Source: Tilletiaria anomala UBC 951
Lineage: Eukaryota
Length of the DNA: 64,000 nt
Reading direction: 5' to 3'
NCBI RefSeq assembly: GCF_000711695.1
Contig: NW_013547013.1
Coordinates: 124,001-188,000 of the forward strand
A program made the translations under genes and the position numbers. Shown here one piece after another: positions 50,101 to 61,700 of the stretch (within the stretch, counting starts at the first letter, position 1; each line of letters starts with the position of its first letter). The notes beneath the pieces are model-generated. The model did no database searches. It was not told the origin of the DNA and saw only the letters and a list, made by a program, of their open reading frames with translations.

Positions 50101-52214
50101 AAGTGCCCGAAGTCTGCATTGCAAGCCAAGCTCTACCACCAGATGACGAAGCACAAGACTTTCTTCACCGGCGAGGAGCTCGGCAAGAGTACCGGTAAGA
50201 AGATGACTGGCATCCGTGGGCTGCAGAACGCAATCATGCAATTGAGGAAGATATGTAATCATCCGTATGTCTTCGAGGAAGTTGAGGCGGCCATCAACCC
50301 GGAAAAGACCAACGGCCCGGATCTCTACCGTGTCGCTGGTAAATTTGAGCTACTCGACCGCATCCTGCCCAAGCTCAAAGCGACGGGTCACCGCGTGCTG
50401 ATGTTCTTCCAAATGACTGCCATCATGGACATCATGGAAGACTACCTGCGATGGAAGGCGCTCACCTACTTGCGACTCGATGGTAGCACCAAGCCCGAAG
50501 ATCGTTCCAAGCTACTCGAAGCGTTCAACGCGCCCAACTCGGAATACTTCATGTTCATCCTCTCCACCCGCGCCGGTGGTCTCGGTCTCAACCTGCAGAC
50601 GGCTGACACGGTCATCATCTTTGACTCCGACTGGAACCCGCACCAGGACTTGCAGGCGCAAGATCGTGCGCATCGTATCGGCCAGAAGCAGGAGGTGCGC
50701 ATCTTGCGTCTCGTGACGGAAAAGTCGGTCGAGGAGAAGATTCTGGAGATTGCACACCGCAAGCTAGATATGGACGGCAAAGTTATCCAAGCTGGTCGTT
50801 TCGACAACAACGCGACGAACGAGGAGCGCGATGTCCTCTTGCGTGCCATGCTCGAAAGCGCTGAGGATGAGGAGGACGAGGAGGAGAGCGAACTTACGAA
50901 CGAAGAGCTCAACCAGCTCATTGCTCGTGGCGAGGCAGAAGAGAAGCGCTTCAATGAAATGGACCAAGAGCGAGAACGCCAGGAGCAGGCTGATTGGAAG
51001 GCTGCAGGAAACAAGGGAAAGCGGCCTGAGCGTCTCATTACCGAAGCCGAACTACCCGAACACTTCCAGCAGAGCTTCGAAGATGCTATTGCTGCCTACG
51101 AAGAACGCGAGGAAGAGCCTTCTGTGCGCAAGCGCACCGTTGTGCGCTACAACGACGACCTCACCGAGGACCAGTTCCTTGCTGCTGTCGAGAACGAGCA
51201 GGACCTCACCGAGGTGGTCGAGAAGAAGCGTGCGGCAGCGGAGAAGCGACGTCTCAAGAAGCTTGCGCGTGAGGAAGGCGGGAGCTCGACGCCTGAGCCG
51301 GGCAAGCGCGGACGCAAGTCGAAGGGCTTTGACGAGGAGACACCAGAGGGCTCACCGGCTCCGGGGCGGAAGCGGAAGCGCACAGCTGACACGGAGACGC
51401 CAGAGCCGGATGAGAGCCACTCGTTTTCCCGTCGCGGCCCTGCCCCAGGCGGCAAGAGGCATAAGGGCAGCGCTAATACCGATATGCGAGAGGCTGTCAA
51501 TCAGGCGCTGGTAACTTGCTATAGGGCTTTGGAGACTTGCATCGAGGAGGAGACAACCCGGAAGCGTTGCTCGCTCTTCCTTGATTTGCCCAATGCCAAG
51601 CTGTACCCGGATTATAGACAGTGCGTGGCAGAACGCTCATTTGTGTTGAATGAGGAAGCTGACCATGGTCTCTCTGCTTTGATAGGATTATTGCTCATCC
51701 AATCTGCATGCGGCAGATTAAACGGCGCATCGACAACCGCACTTACCGCGACGTGGCATCGTGCAAGAGCGATATCCACCTGATGTTTGACAATGCTAGG
51801 ATCTACAACCAGGAAGGGTCGTGGGTCTGGAACGATGCCAACATCCTGCAGAAGGCGTTCGATGACAAGTACGACGAAGTCATCGTTGGCTCCGGCTTAC
51901 CGGGCGATGATGGACAGAGCGCGAGTGCTGGCTCTGGCGCCTCTGTGGCCAAGGCTGCTGTGCCGCCTACTGGCATGCAGGTTGACGAGCAGGACGATGA
52001 CGACGATGAAGACCAGGTGGATGGTAGGGACAAGGATGGGGACGATGATGGGGATGACGACGATGATGACCGGGACAGTGGTGCCACAGCTACCCCTGCC
52101 AGTGGAAGTGGGGCGGCCATGGGAACAGGTGGTGGTGGAGGCAAGAAGTCGCTCAAGCTAAAATTCTCCAAGAGGCCTGCCGCCACGTCCGATGACGATG
52201 ATGACGAGCGGTAA
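47194..52214 (+). CDS. SWI/SNF-RSC catalytic ATPase (Snf2/Sth1/Snf21-type) with QLQ, HSA, SNF2_N, helicase C, SnAC and bromodomain; introns ~47437-47520 and ~51621-51686
   Basis: Motifs 'FTPEQMSVLRSQMQAF' (QLQ), 'NGILADEMGLGKT', 'IIDEGH', 'TGTPLQN', 'STRAGGLGLNLQ', 'QAQDRAHRIGQ' and bromodomain 'YPDY...HPICMRQIK...FDNARIYNQEGSWV'. Confidence 0.95.
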
Positions 52215-54613
52215 ACTGCATGGTAAAGAGAGCAAGCGAGTGGCTCCTTCGCGAGGTTCCATCGGGGCAGCCAGTACGCGAAGAATACATGTGTGATTGC
52301 AGTACATACAATCCCGTCTCCATTTTGTTGGTCTCAACTGGGCTGCAGTAGATGAACTTCGCATGCACTCGCAAATGCAAGTGAAGAGTACAAATCTGAA
52401 AGCGGATCGTTCTTAGTCGCACGGCTTGACAGTGTTCGTAGGCATATATCACCACGAGAACTTCGGGTGTATCATCTGGGTTCGCGTTGCTCCCTTCCCA
52501 CCCCGCAATGATGACACGACCCCCGGCGGACAATGTGTGTGATCAGATTATGCACCGGAAGCTCTCTGCCGTCTGCGCGCTTTCCCAGTGGTGTGCGCTG
52601 GGTGAGCTCCAGGATCCATACATACGCTGTGAAGTGTTACATGGCAGATGATGGTAATGCTCACCACCAACCGCTACCCGGAACTCCAAGGGTCGAGCCG
52701 CGTAACTTGCGCTTTGAGTGCCCGGAACAAAAAGTTGACTGCGCACCCTGTTCAACCTCCCAACAGTCCTGTTATGAAGGCCGCCGGACTAGCCTCCGAC
52801 CGAAAGTGCGCCAAATGCCATCACCCCAAATGCCGAATACCTCCTCCATCTTCGCGAGGCTGTGGTTTGGTCGTTGTGGTGGACCCAAGTGACCCTAGTG
52901 GACTCGGGCGCTGAGTGCGCGAGTCGCGAGTGTCCTCCGTCGTGTATGTGTTGTTCTTTGGTTGCCGGCGTCGCGTCGCGCGGATGCCGTCACGTGCAAG
53001 CGGGATCTGAAATGCGCGCCTTAGCGCATACTGGAGAGTGAGCAACACGCGGTGTACTCACAGGCGACATGCGTCCTGGCCGCTGCTGCCATTCTCTACT
53101 GCGGCGCTGCGATGCCCCCTTGCATGCCTCGCCTCCTTCGACCCTTGTGTGATTCCAAAGACACATCGCTCGCCTGGACTCTTCTGCAAGCTACATTCCA
53201 CGCACGCATTCTGTCTCAATGCCCTGACCTCCGTGTAAAATGCACCATCTGCAAGCCAGTGGCGCCCCCGCTGACTGTAGCTCTCTCCCTTCGCTTGAAC
53301 TGAGGCGAGGAGTAATGTTGCTGAGCCCTAAGCGGGGGGACAGACATGGGCCGGAGAGGACAGTCCTCAGTCACAAGGAAAAGGGGGGGGCGAAGGACGG
53401 CGCTTCAAAGTTGGCTTGGGCAGTGCCAACAGAATCCAGGTCATTCCACTGCCCCACCCAGCTTAACCTCGACACCTGCATTCGCAGAGGATGCGTGCGC
53501 TGATCTAACTCATGACAGCCTCATTCCTCATGCGGCTCGAGCTCCCGCGTGCAAGGTCGGAGAGGTAAGTTGGTCTGGCACGACGGCAGAGCCCGGCCCA
53601 TGTAGTGCAGTGTAGGGTAGTTTGTATCATGGCTGCATACTTTCATCACGACTCTACTGCCCGAGGCAGCTGTCGCAGGCTGTCACGCTGCTATCGGCTT
53701 CTCGCCCGTTGGAGGGGGAGGGTGATCGTAGCATGGAACGAGCCTACAGTAACGGCACCCAAGCAGTCTGATGATGACGGAGGAAGCGGGGAACCGTTGC
53801 CACACTTTGGCCGTGTAGCTGATCGTCATCCCAAAGTATGCATATCAATTGGCATGAACAAAACAAACACCTGACGCCGGCTTCTGTCGGTGCGTAGGTC
53901 AACGGTGCACGAGCGTGTCGTCCTCGTCCATCTGCTTCCACCGCTGTGACAACTGCTGTAACCAGGCCGAATGCAGGTCAGCTGGCCAACAGCCGTCGCA
54001 GCAAGTTGGTGACGCATCAACAAAACAAAGATTTTTATCAGCTTCATGCGCAGAGAGCAGATCAATGTAACGTCTCGAGCGTTACAGGTTTCTGCGTTCT
54101 TCACCGCCAATCATCACCAACGCTCCTTCATCTTCACTGCCACTGCCACCGCCACCTCCCCTCCCTTTGTCCAGTCCACTCTATCTTCCTCAGCACTTCC
54201 AGATGCAACAACCCCAACCGACCAAGTTGATCTGAACAGCAACATCGAAAGCGGTAGCACTAACGACAGCGGCTGGAGCATGGTCGTCTACCAGCTGAAC
54301 CGCTGAATCGCTGCTCCATCCTTGCAAAGCTGGTCGCATCAAGCGCAACAGCTGCGCCTGTTCCTTTCCTGCTCTATCTACCGACACGAAAGTCAGAACC
54401 GCCATCGCCATCTGGGTGTCAGTCAACGCATCTCAAGGAGAAGAGCGTTGCGTCGAGTTGTTGGGCCTTGATTGAGTGAGTCGGATACCGTATACGGTAT
54501 GCGCATGCAGGTCGTTACCCGCTCTTGCTGCATGCAGTTCATGCTGATGGTCACCATTTGTGTCCTTTCCAACAGCCTTCGCCGAGGCCGCCACCGTTCG
54601 CATTTCGCCCCTC

Positions 54614-57600
54614 ATGATGGCACCACATCCTTACCAGCAGGTCCAGTCGCACCATCTACAACAGCAGGATCACGACCAACAGCAGCTTCACCACCACGGT
54701 GGCCAGTTGGCCCCACCTTCCCTCGACTTCTTCATCGCTGCATCCCAAGCACCCGCCGAGCAGCCACCGTACGCGTACAGCTTCCAGAACCTCACGCCAA
54801 GCTATTCGCAGGCGTTGCCGCATCTCCAGATCCATGCTCCTGCTCCGCTTCCTGTCCTAATCTCTTTGCAAGGCTCCAGCGGACAAGTAGCAACGGTAGC
54901 ACAGCCACCCCCAGCACCATCATTGGCGACAAGAGGAATTCCTTTTCACACCACCTTGGCTGAGAGAAGAGGTCATGCCCCACTCCCTCCGCCTTCTCCT
55001 GCCCCTTACGGCCACGGCGCAGATGCAGGAGGTCTGTCCGCGTCGTCCACGGCGGCTTCCTCCTCTGCGGCATCGCTCCTGTCTACAGGAGTCCATCAAT
55101 TTCACTCTCAGCAACAGCAGGGTCCACAGAGCCAACAACAGCAGGCACAGCGCAGCCCTTATACGCCCAACACACCGTTGACGGCCACGGCTCCCACTTC
55201 ATCTGCTTTTAAAGGCTCAAAGGGCAAGAATGGCACTGAAGGCAGCGGTAGGGGAGATGCGAGGAATGGCTCGCAAAGCATCGCGGGCTCTCCCACACTC
55301 GTCGATTGGAGCCAAGAGGAAGATGAGCGGCTCCGCACGGCGATCGCCATACTAAACAAAGCCAACGCTAGCACGGGCGGATCCACAAACATTACCGCGT
55401 CCAACTCCAAGTCTTGGATCAAAATTGCGAGCATCGCGTTCCCAGACGGCTGCCGATCAAAGGAAGAGTGCATTAACCGCTGGCGCGCGCTGACCAAGCC
55501 GCCGTCGATCAAAGGCCCGTGGTCGCAGACGGAGGACGAGACACTGCAGCACCTCGTCGACGAGCTTGGGCCGGAGAAGTGGGTAGCCATCGCTCAGCGC
55601 CTCGGCACCCGCAGCGGAAAGCAGTGCCGTGAGCGCTGGCATAACCACATCAACCCTGACATTCGCAAGGGCCCATTCACACCCGAAGAGGACTCGCTCA
55701 TTCTGCGCCTGTTCACGGACGTTGGCAGCAAGTGGGCGTACATTGCCAAGTACATGCCCGGTAGGACGGACAATGCCATTAAGAATCACTACAACACTGT
55801 GCTTGTCCGTCGCGCCAAGCTCATCGCCGCCGTTACGAACCTCAAGGACAAGGGCCTCGACGTGCCCGTCGCGCTGCAGATGCAGGCGGATCAGCTGGGC
55901 GCTCAGCAGAGGCAGCAGCAGCCCAAGACGCTCCTCGTCCCTACGGAAGGCACCACCGGAACCGCATCGTCCTCGTCCTCCGCGGCTCTAACGGGCTCGA
56001 GTGCAGTTGCGGCGAATACTAAAGGTATCACCAAGAAGAGCCCTGCTGCCAAACAGGCGGGCAATGCTCCGAAGAGAGCGAACAAGGCGAACATCTCCAG
56101 CGGAAGCACCGGTAACAACAACAGCAGCAGCAAGCCGCCATCCATTCATGTCGTAGACAGCTGCAGCTCGGCTCCATCGTCAGCGGAAGACTTTAACAAC
56201 GCCGCCGATGACAGTGCACTCTTCTTTGGGATCTCGAACATGCAGGTCCCGATGTCGATGCCAATGTCGATGTCGATGCCGATGGCTGGCGCGCATGTCT
56301 TTGTTCCCAACGCCCCTGCCTCCGCGCCGCCCACCGTCACGAGCTTTGGGCAAGCCGTGCATGGGCACGGGCATGGCCCGCGGTTGTTCCATGCTAATCT
56401 CGAGGCGCAGGCGTATCACCAGCTCTCGCATGGTCAGCAGCACCAGCAAGAGCAACAACAACAACAGCAGCGGCAGCAGCAGCAAATGCAGCACCAGCGG
56501 CAACTGCATATGCAGATTCAGATGCAGCAACAGCAACAGCTTGAAGCGGCGCACGTCGCTGCCGCCGCTGGGTTCCTTGACGCTAACTTTGACATGCATG
56601 ACGAGAGTCACGCTGCAACAGATCCATATGCGTTCATGACTGCCAGCAGCAGCAGTCAAGGCCACGCGCATGGGCATGGGCAAGAGCACTTGCAGCATCC
56701 TCCACCGCCTGCGCCTGCGCCTGTACCTGGCCTGTCGCACATCCCTCAAGGTCACGCGCTAGCGCGCAGTGCGAGCCTTAGCGTCCCGGGTCCGCATGCA
56801 AATCTCAATCTTGCGCTCAATCTTGATGTCGACATGCATTCTGGGCTTCTGGGTCCTCATCATGCACACCCGCACTCGCCTGACTCGAATGCCTTTGCCG
56901 CCGCCGGTGCTTCGGGTGCCAACCACAATGGCCTGCTTCCTGCTCAACAGCAACAGCAGCAACCGCAGCAGGCTCAACTTCAGCACCAATTTCATCAGGG
57001 GCAACAGCAGCAACAGCAGCAGCAGAGCAACTTGCAATCTCTGAGTGGCGTCAACACTGGCCATTGGACCGATAACGCTGCTGCCTCATACATCACCAGC
57101 ATGCGCCCCTCGTCTGCACCTGCTTACGGAGCTACTGCTGGTGCCGTCGAGGATGTATTTGGTAGCCACCCCATTCTCGTCGGTGGCAACAGAAACAGTG
57201 CGGTTAACGGCAATGGGAACGGAGCGACGGTCGGGCCGGCCTATGCGTTTCAGCTTGGCGACTTGTCCACCTTGGGAGGTGCGCTGGGTGGTCGCTTTGC
57301 AGGCGTTCAGAACAGTGATGTCCCACATGGTTCGAAGAACTCTGCTCCGCCACCACAGCCGCCTACAGCATCCGCCCCTGCATCTGTGGAAGCTTCTTCG
57401 AGCAGCAGCAACATATCCCAGTCGCAACAAAGCGCACTAGAGGCTGGCAAGACCAGCGGCGCTCCTGCGCAACCAGATTCTGCACCTGCGCCTGCCGTCC
57501 AGGCGCCACAATTGGGTTCCATCCCAAGCAAACGGTCATCTGCCATGGTCACTTCTTCTCCCATCGCCACTCGCGCACGTTCGCGCTCCCTTCTGTCACC

Positions 57601-58546
57601 TGTACAAGCAACTCCGCGCCGGCATGCAGCTGTGTCGTTCACAAGCGCCCTTCGTTCCCGATCTAGCAGCGGCAACATCCACAACACGCCGCGCCCGAGT
57701 CTGCCGACGCCTTCGCGCATCTCCCCTATTTCCAGCTACCAAGCTAAGACTGGTTCGGTGCGCGCTCTGCCCCCTTTAGATCCGGACACGCTCCACGGCG
57801 CCAGTACAAGTGGCGGGGGTAGCGGCGGCAGCAGCAGCAGCAGTATTAGCAGCTCACCGCAAGTCATGCTGCGCGGACACATGCGCGGGGAATCATTTGC
57901 TGCGAGCAGCAAGTTGCTCTCGACAGCTCTTGCTTCAAGTGATGGCATGGAGGCTGGTATTGCCAATTCTGCGCTCGCGATGCGTGGAGTCGACGAAGAA
58001 CAGAAAGGCGCTTTGCTTCCTGCTTTCAGTCACCAGTCGCAGCCATCAAGCATCAGCGCCACCCAATCTCTTTCCGCAAACTTGACGCGCACGACGACCG
58101 CTTCGACTGCTACCGCGACCACCACTGCCACACCTTCTTCCGAGCCAGAGTCGCGCGGCAAGAAGAGGGCTGCTGAGCAGGATCTAGGACCTGCTCGTGC
58201 ACAGGGGCGTCTGCGGTCTGCTGCAGGTGATAGCAGTGAGCGCGAGCTTGCACCCGCCTCCGCATCCACCGTCGCGTCGACACTCATCCCTTCGCCGCGC
58301 GATGAGCAAATTGATCTTTCCCCTTACACCGCTATCGGCCCCGAACTTGACGGCTGGGATCCCTCCAAGTGGAACGGCGGTGACGACCACTCGCGTCTGC
58401 TTTCTGAGTCGTGGTGGGAATCCCTCAAAAACGACGGCGGTCTGGGACTCTCCTTCCAGCCGAACTACAGCAACTACACTGGCCTGCATTCGCGTGCCCT
58501 ATCAGCCGTTCGCGAATCGCCGAGGGCCATCAAGGATACCCCTTAG
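54614..58546 (+). CDS. Three-repeat (R1R2R3) Myb transcription factor, ~1310 aa, with polyQ/His/Ser-rich regions
   Basis: Repeats 'WSQEEDERL...CINRW', 'KGPWSQTED...RSGKQCRERWHNHINP' and 'KGPFTPEED...GRTDNAIKNHYN' lie in one long ORF (54560-58546). A possible 5' intron ends at AACAG ~54574. Confidence 0.88.
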   Translation: MMAPHPYQQVQSHHLQQQDHDQQQLHHHGGQLAPPSLDFFIAASQAPAEQPPYAYSFQNLTPSYSQALPHLQIHAPAPLPVLISLQGSSGQVATVAQPPPAPSLATRGIPFHTTLAERRGHAPLPPPSPAPYGHGADAGGLSASSTAASSSAASLLSTGVHQFHSQQQQGPQSQQQQAQRSPYTPNTPLTATAPTSSAFKGSKGKNGTEGSGRGDARNGSQSIAGSPTLVDWSQEEDERLRTAIAILNKANASTGGSTNITASNSKSWIKIASIAFPDGCRSKEECINRWRALTKPPSIKGPWSQTEDETLQHLVDELGPEKWVAIAQRLGTRSGKQCRERWHNHINPDIRKGPFTPEEDSLILRLFTDVGSKWAYIAKYMPGRTDNAIKNHYNTVLVRRAKLIAAVTNLKDKGLDVPVALQMQADQLGAQQRQQQPKTLLVPTEGTTGTASSSSSAALTGSSAVAANTKGITKKSPAAKQAGNAPKRANKANISSGSTGNNNSSSKPPSIHVVDSCSSAPSSAEDFNNAADDSALFFGISNMQVPMSMPMSMSMPMAGAHVFVPNAPASAPPTVTSFGQAVHGHGHGPRLFHANLEAQAYHQLSHGQQHQQEQQQQQQRQQQQMQHQRQLHMQIQMQQQQQLEAAHVAAAAGFLDANFDMHDESHAATDPYAFMTASSSSQGHAHGHGQEHLQHPPPPAPAPVPGLSHIPQGHALARSASLSVPGPHANLNLALNLDVDMHSGLLGPHHAHPHSPDSNAFAAAGASGANHNGLLPAQQQQQQPQQAQLQHQFHQGQQQQQQQQSNLQSLSGVNTGHWTDNAAASYITSMRPSSAPAYGATAGAVEDVFGSHPILVGGNRNSAVNGNGNGATVGPAYAFQLGDLSTLGGALGGRFAGVQNSDVPHGSKNSAPPPQPPTASAPASVEASSSSSNISQSQQSALEAGKTSGAPAQPDSAPAPAVQAPQLGSIPSKRSSAMVTSSPIATRARSRSLLSPVQATPRRHAAVSFTSALRSRSSSGNIHNTPRPSLPTPSRISPISSYQAKTGSVRALPPLDPDTLHGASTSGGGSGGSSSSSISSSPQVMLRGHMRGESFAASSKLLSTALASSDGMEAGIANSALAMRGVDEEQKGALLPAFSHQSQPSSISATQSLSANLTRTTTASTATATTTATPSSEPESRGKKRAAEQDLGPARAQGRLRSAAGDSSERELAPASASTVASTLIPSPRDEQIDLSPYTAIGPELDGWDPSKWNGGDDHSRLLSESWWESLKNDGGLGLSFQPNYSNYTGLHSRALSAVRESPRAIKDTP
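56433..57026 (+). repeat. CAG/CAA polyglutamine tracts within the Myb gene (~56433-56540 and ~56945-57026)
   Basis: Runs such as cagcaagagcaacaacaacaacagcagcggcagcagcagcaa and gcaacagcagcaacagcagcagcag are visible directly. Confidence 0.8.
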
Positions 58547-58752
58547 CATCATTTATATTTTCAGCATTCCAGACTCAAACTAGGATACCGTCTTCACAGT
58601 CACCCTGGATTATCCAGCGTCCCGGCTTGGTAAAACTAATTATAAGCTTTGTGTTGCGGGCACCTCAATCTGTAGCATTGGATCATCACATCGAATGCCT
58701 TGTTAAAAGAAGACCATTACATGCTGAGTGCCACATGTTATACATTTTCGTG

Positions 58753-61700
58753 TCATTCGCCAGAAGCGAAACCATTCGAGGCAGTCGGTCTCGCGTACGC
58801 AAGCTCCATCTCCCGATACTGACCAGACTTATCATTGGCCTTGGTCTCTGCAACGAGCTCTGCAAATGCATGGGCGGAAGAGTTGACGCTGATCTTGTCA
58901 AGGGCGCTAATCGTCCGGTAGATGGCGCGTTGCAACTCCGCAGCCTTCTCCACCTCTTGCTGTGTTGCACTCTCCTTCAGCTTTACCCTCAGGGTAGTGA
59001 GAAGTGGCCCAGCAATGTCGTCGAGACCTAATGTGTCAGACCCGTGTCAGTCGAAACTTTTCCCGGGACAGTGTTGACAAACTTTCGCTTACGATTGGAC
59101 ACAATGACTGGCGAAAGCGTCGCCAAGCGGGCTAGCATCATACAGCAGAGCACTTTTATCGTCGAATCTGAATCACTTAGACCATTGGTGACGGCGGAGA
59201 CGACTGCAATTGAATGCGTCACAAATCAAGTGGAAGCTTTAATTGGCAAGCCAAGGCGCGTACTCACAGTCCTCAATAGTGATCTTGTGGAAGCAAGTGT
59301 CGAGCAGCGTAATCATAGTCTCGAAGGCATTCTAAAGAGTCGAAACGTAGTCAGTACATGTTCTTGAGGTTTCGGGTGCTGCTCGCAAAGAGCATTCACC
59401 TTTCGAAGCTCAAGTCCATCGTCCTGGGTAATGGTGAAGGGTCCCATGGGCACTTTCCGAAGAAGCTTCGAGTCGGGCTTGGTCTCATTGTAGAGCAGCG
59501 GCAGCAGTGTCGACAGCCATTCGCGAACCAGATGAGGCTTGTTGTATGCTGCAGAACTGAATGCCAAGACGGCATTCCGCCGAACCTCAACGTCGCTGTC
59601 TTTGAGAAGCGAGAGGAATTCGACAAGCAAGGGTGCAAGAAGCTCGTCGTACGTCGCCCCTGTTTCGGTAAGCGTGAAGCGAACGGCCACCAGGACGGCA
59701 ATACGAGCAGAAGCAGAATCGGAGCGTAGACGAGCTTGCAATTGGACGAGGTATCGCTCCGGATCAGCGAGCGTCAACCTTCCCAGGCACTCGGCACTGA
59801 TGCTGCGAGTCGCCTCATCTTTGCTTTCGCAAATGTCAAACAGCGGTTGCCAAATGCGTTCAGCGACAGGCACCAGATCCATGGGTTTTGAGTTGACGAT
59901 GACTTCTTTGATCGCGTGCAAAGACAAGTACCGCTTGCTGCCATCGGATGTGATGTGTCCCTCAATGATCGGAAGGAAGGTCGCCAAATTGCCCACAGCC
60001 ATCCCGCCCATCGCGAAAGCAGCAGCATTCTTGAGCTCCTCCGTACCAACGTCGTAAAAGCTAAGCACATCATCCACCAATGACGTTTTGGCGGACAAGT
60101 CCTCGATGCGCCCCACCTCTCCGAGGATGCGCAGGCTAAAGAAGGAGTGAGGCTGTGCAGCCTCGCCTTGCTTGAGTCCAGACTCGGCAGCAGCGAGCGC
60201 TTGAGCTCCCGTCTCATTCTTGTTATAACGAACAACGGCACCAATGCATTTCGCCACCACGGCGTAGGTCTGCGTGGCATGGCTGCTGCGCGTCAACTGA
60301 ACAATATTTGCCTGTTTGAGCAGATCGTCGAGGACGCTTGAGCTAAGTGCTGGATTGGCGCGCACGTAGGCGGTGAAGAATTCTAGCAAGGGTTGCAACG
60401 CTGGGCCTTGGGCAAGGGGCGATTGGAGAGTGTCGTAAACGAGGGAAAGAATCTCTTGTTTCACCTTCTCTTGAGAAGTGGGCTGCTGTATGAGAATGAC
60501 GACTACTGCTTGCAGCGTGGGTGGCAAGAGGCTTATGTCTGCTGACTGACCAAGCATGGGTCGGACGGAGGAAAGCACGTCATCTACAAGTTGCGAAGGC
60601 ATGCTTGCACCGATTCTGGCGACGGGCAAAATACGATGTTGTTTCCCTTCAATATCCACACGAGCCTTGCAGCGGAAGCTGTTGAAACGAGCACTTACCT
60701 GCTCAAGAGGGCAACAAGGCTCTCAAAGGCAGCGGTCTTGAGCTGCCGACTGCCAAGTTTGAGCAGCTCGGCAACAACACCTGCAGCTTGCAAAAAGAAC
60801 TTCTCAAAGTCTGGTCCCTCACACAGCGGCGAGGGTGCGACGCGAGTGATGAGATGGAGAGTCGGCAAGCGCGTTACTTCGTTCTTGAGACGCTCAAGCA
60901 GCATTGGGAAGCAATCAGCAGATTGGTCCTTAATACCATCGCCCGCGTGTGAAAGCAAAATGGCGAGTGTCTTGAGTGCCTGCTCACGGATGGCCTGATC
61001 TGAGTCAGGGCGATTCAGTCGCTCAACAACGGCGTCGTAGATCTGCTGCGTTGTAGACACATAGTTTCCCGTGCGCGGTGGGCTGCTCCGACTGCTTGGT
61101 GTGCCAGCTCGCAGTGACGGAAAAAGCGAGACAATGAGCTCGGACGCGGTCTGCAACGCTTCGGTCGAGTTGCGGTGCTGGCGCGACTCGATGCCGGAGA
61201 TGATGATGGGAAGGACTTTTGGGAGGTGCTCTTCATAGCTTTGAGGTGCATGCAACCGGAATATGAGGCGCAGAAGGGCGAGCATCTCGACTTTCAGGTT
61301 GACACTGTTGCCGCTCGACGCGTCAGTCGCCTTGACGAGCTTTTCGATCTGAGCGAGCAGGTTGCCGAGTGAAGCCTCGAGGCCGCCGTGCAAGAGAAGA
61401 ACGAGTTCACGGAATACCGACAAACAGGCTGCGTGTGTCCCGCCTGACTTTGAACCGAGCTCCTTGCTGGCGGCTTTTGTGATATCCTCCGTCCTGGATG
61501 AGATGATTGCGCGCGGGCTAGCGGCGCCTTCCGCATCAATGTCGGTAAACTTTCGTTTAAGTTGCCCAGCAGTAGCACTTATACCGACTACTTCAGTAGC
61601 TTGTGGCCCGGCGCTGTAGAGGCGAGTCTGTTTGAGCAGTGCGACAAGCGTGTTGAGCACCTCTAGGCGCACGGTCTCTTCGCGTTCCGAGGTTCTCGCA

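Noticed and set aside
44100..54600. Mating pheromone precursors (short CAAX-ending ORFs) or a MAT locus
   Set aside because: A visual scan of the spacers found no short ORF ending in a CAAX-stop, and there are no receptor or homeodomain genes in the window.
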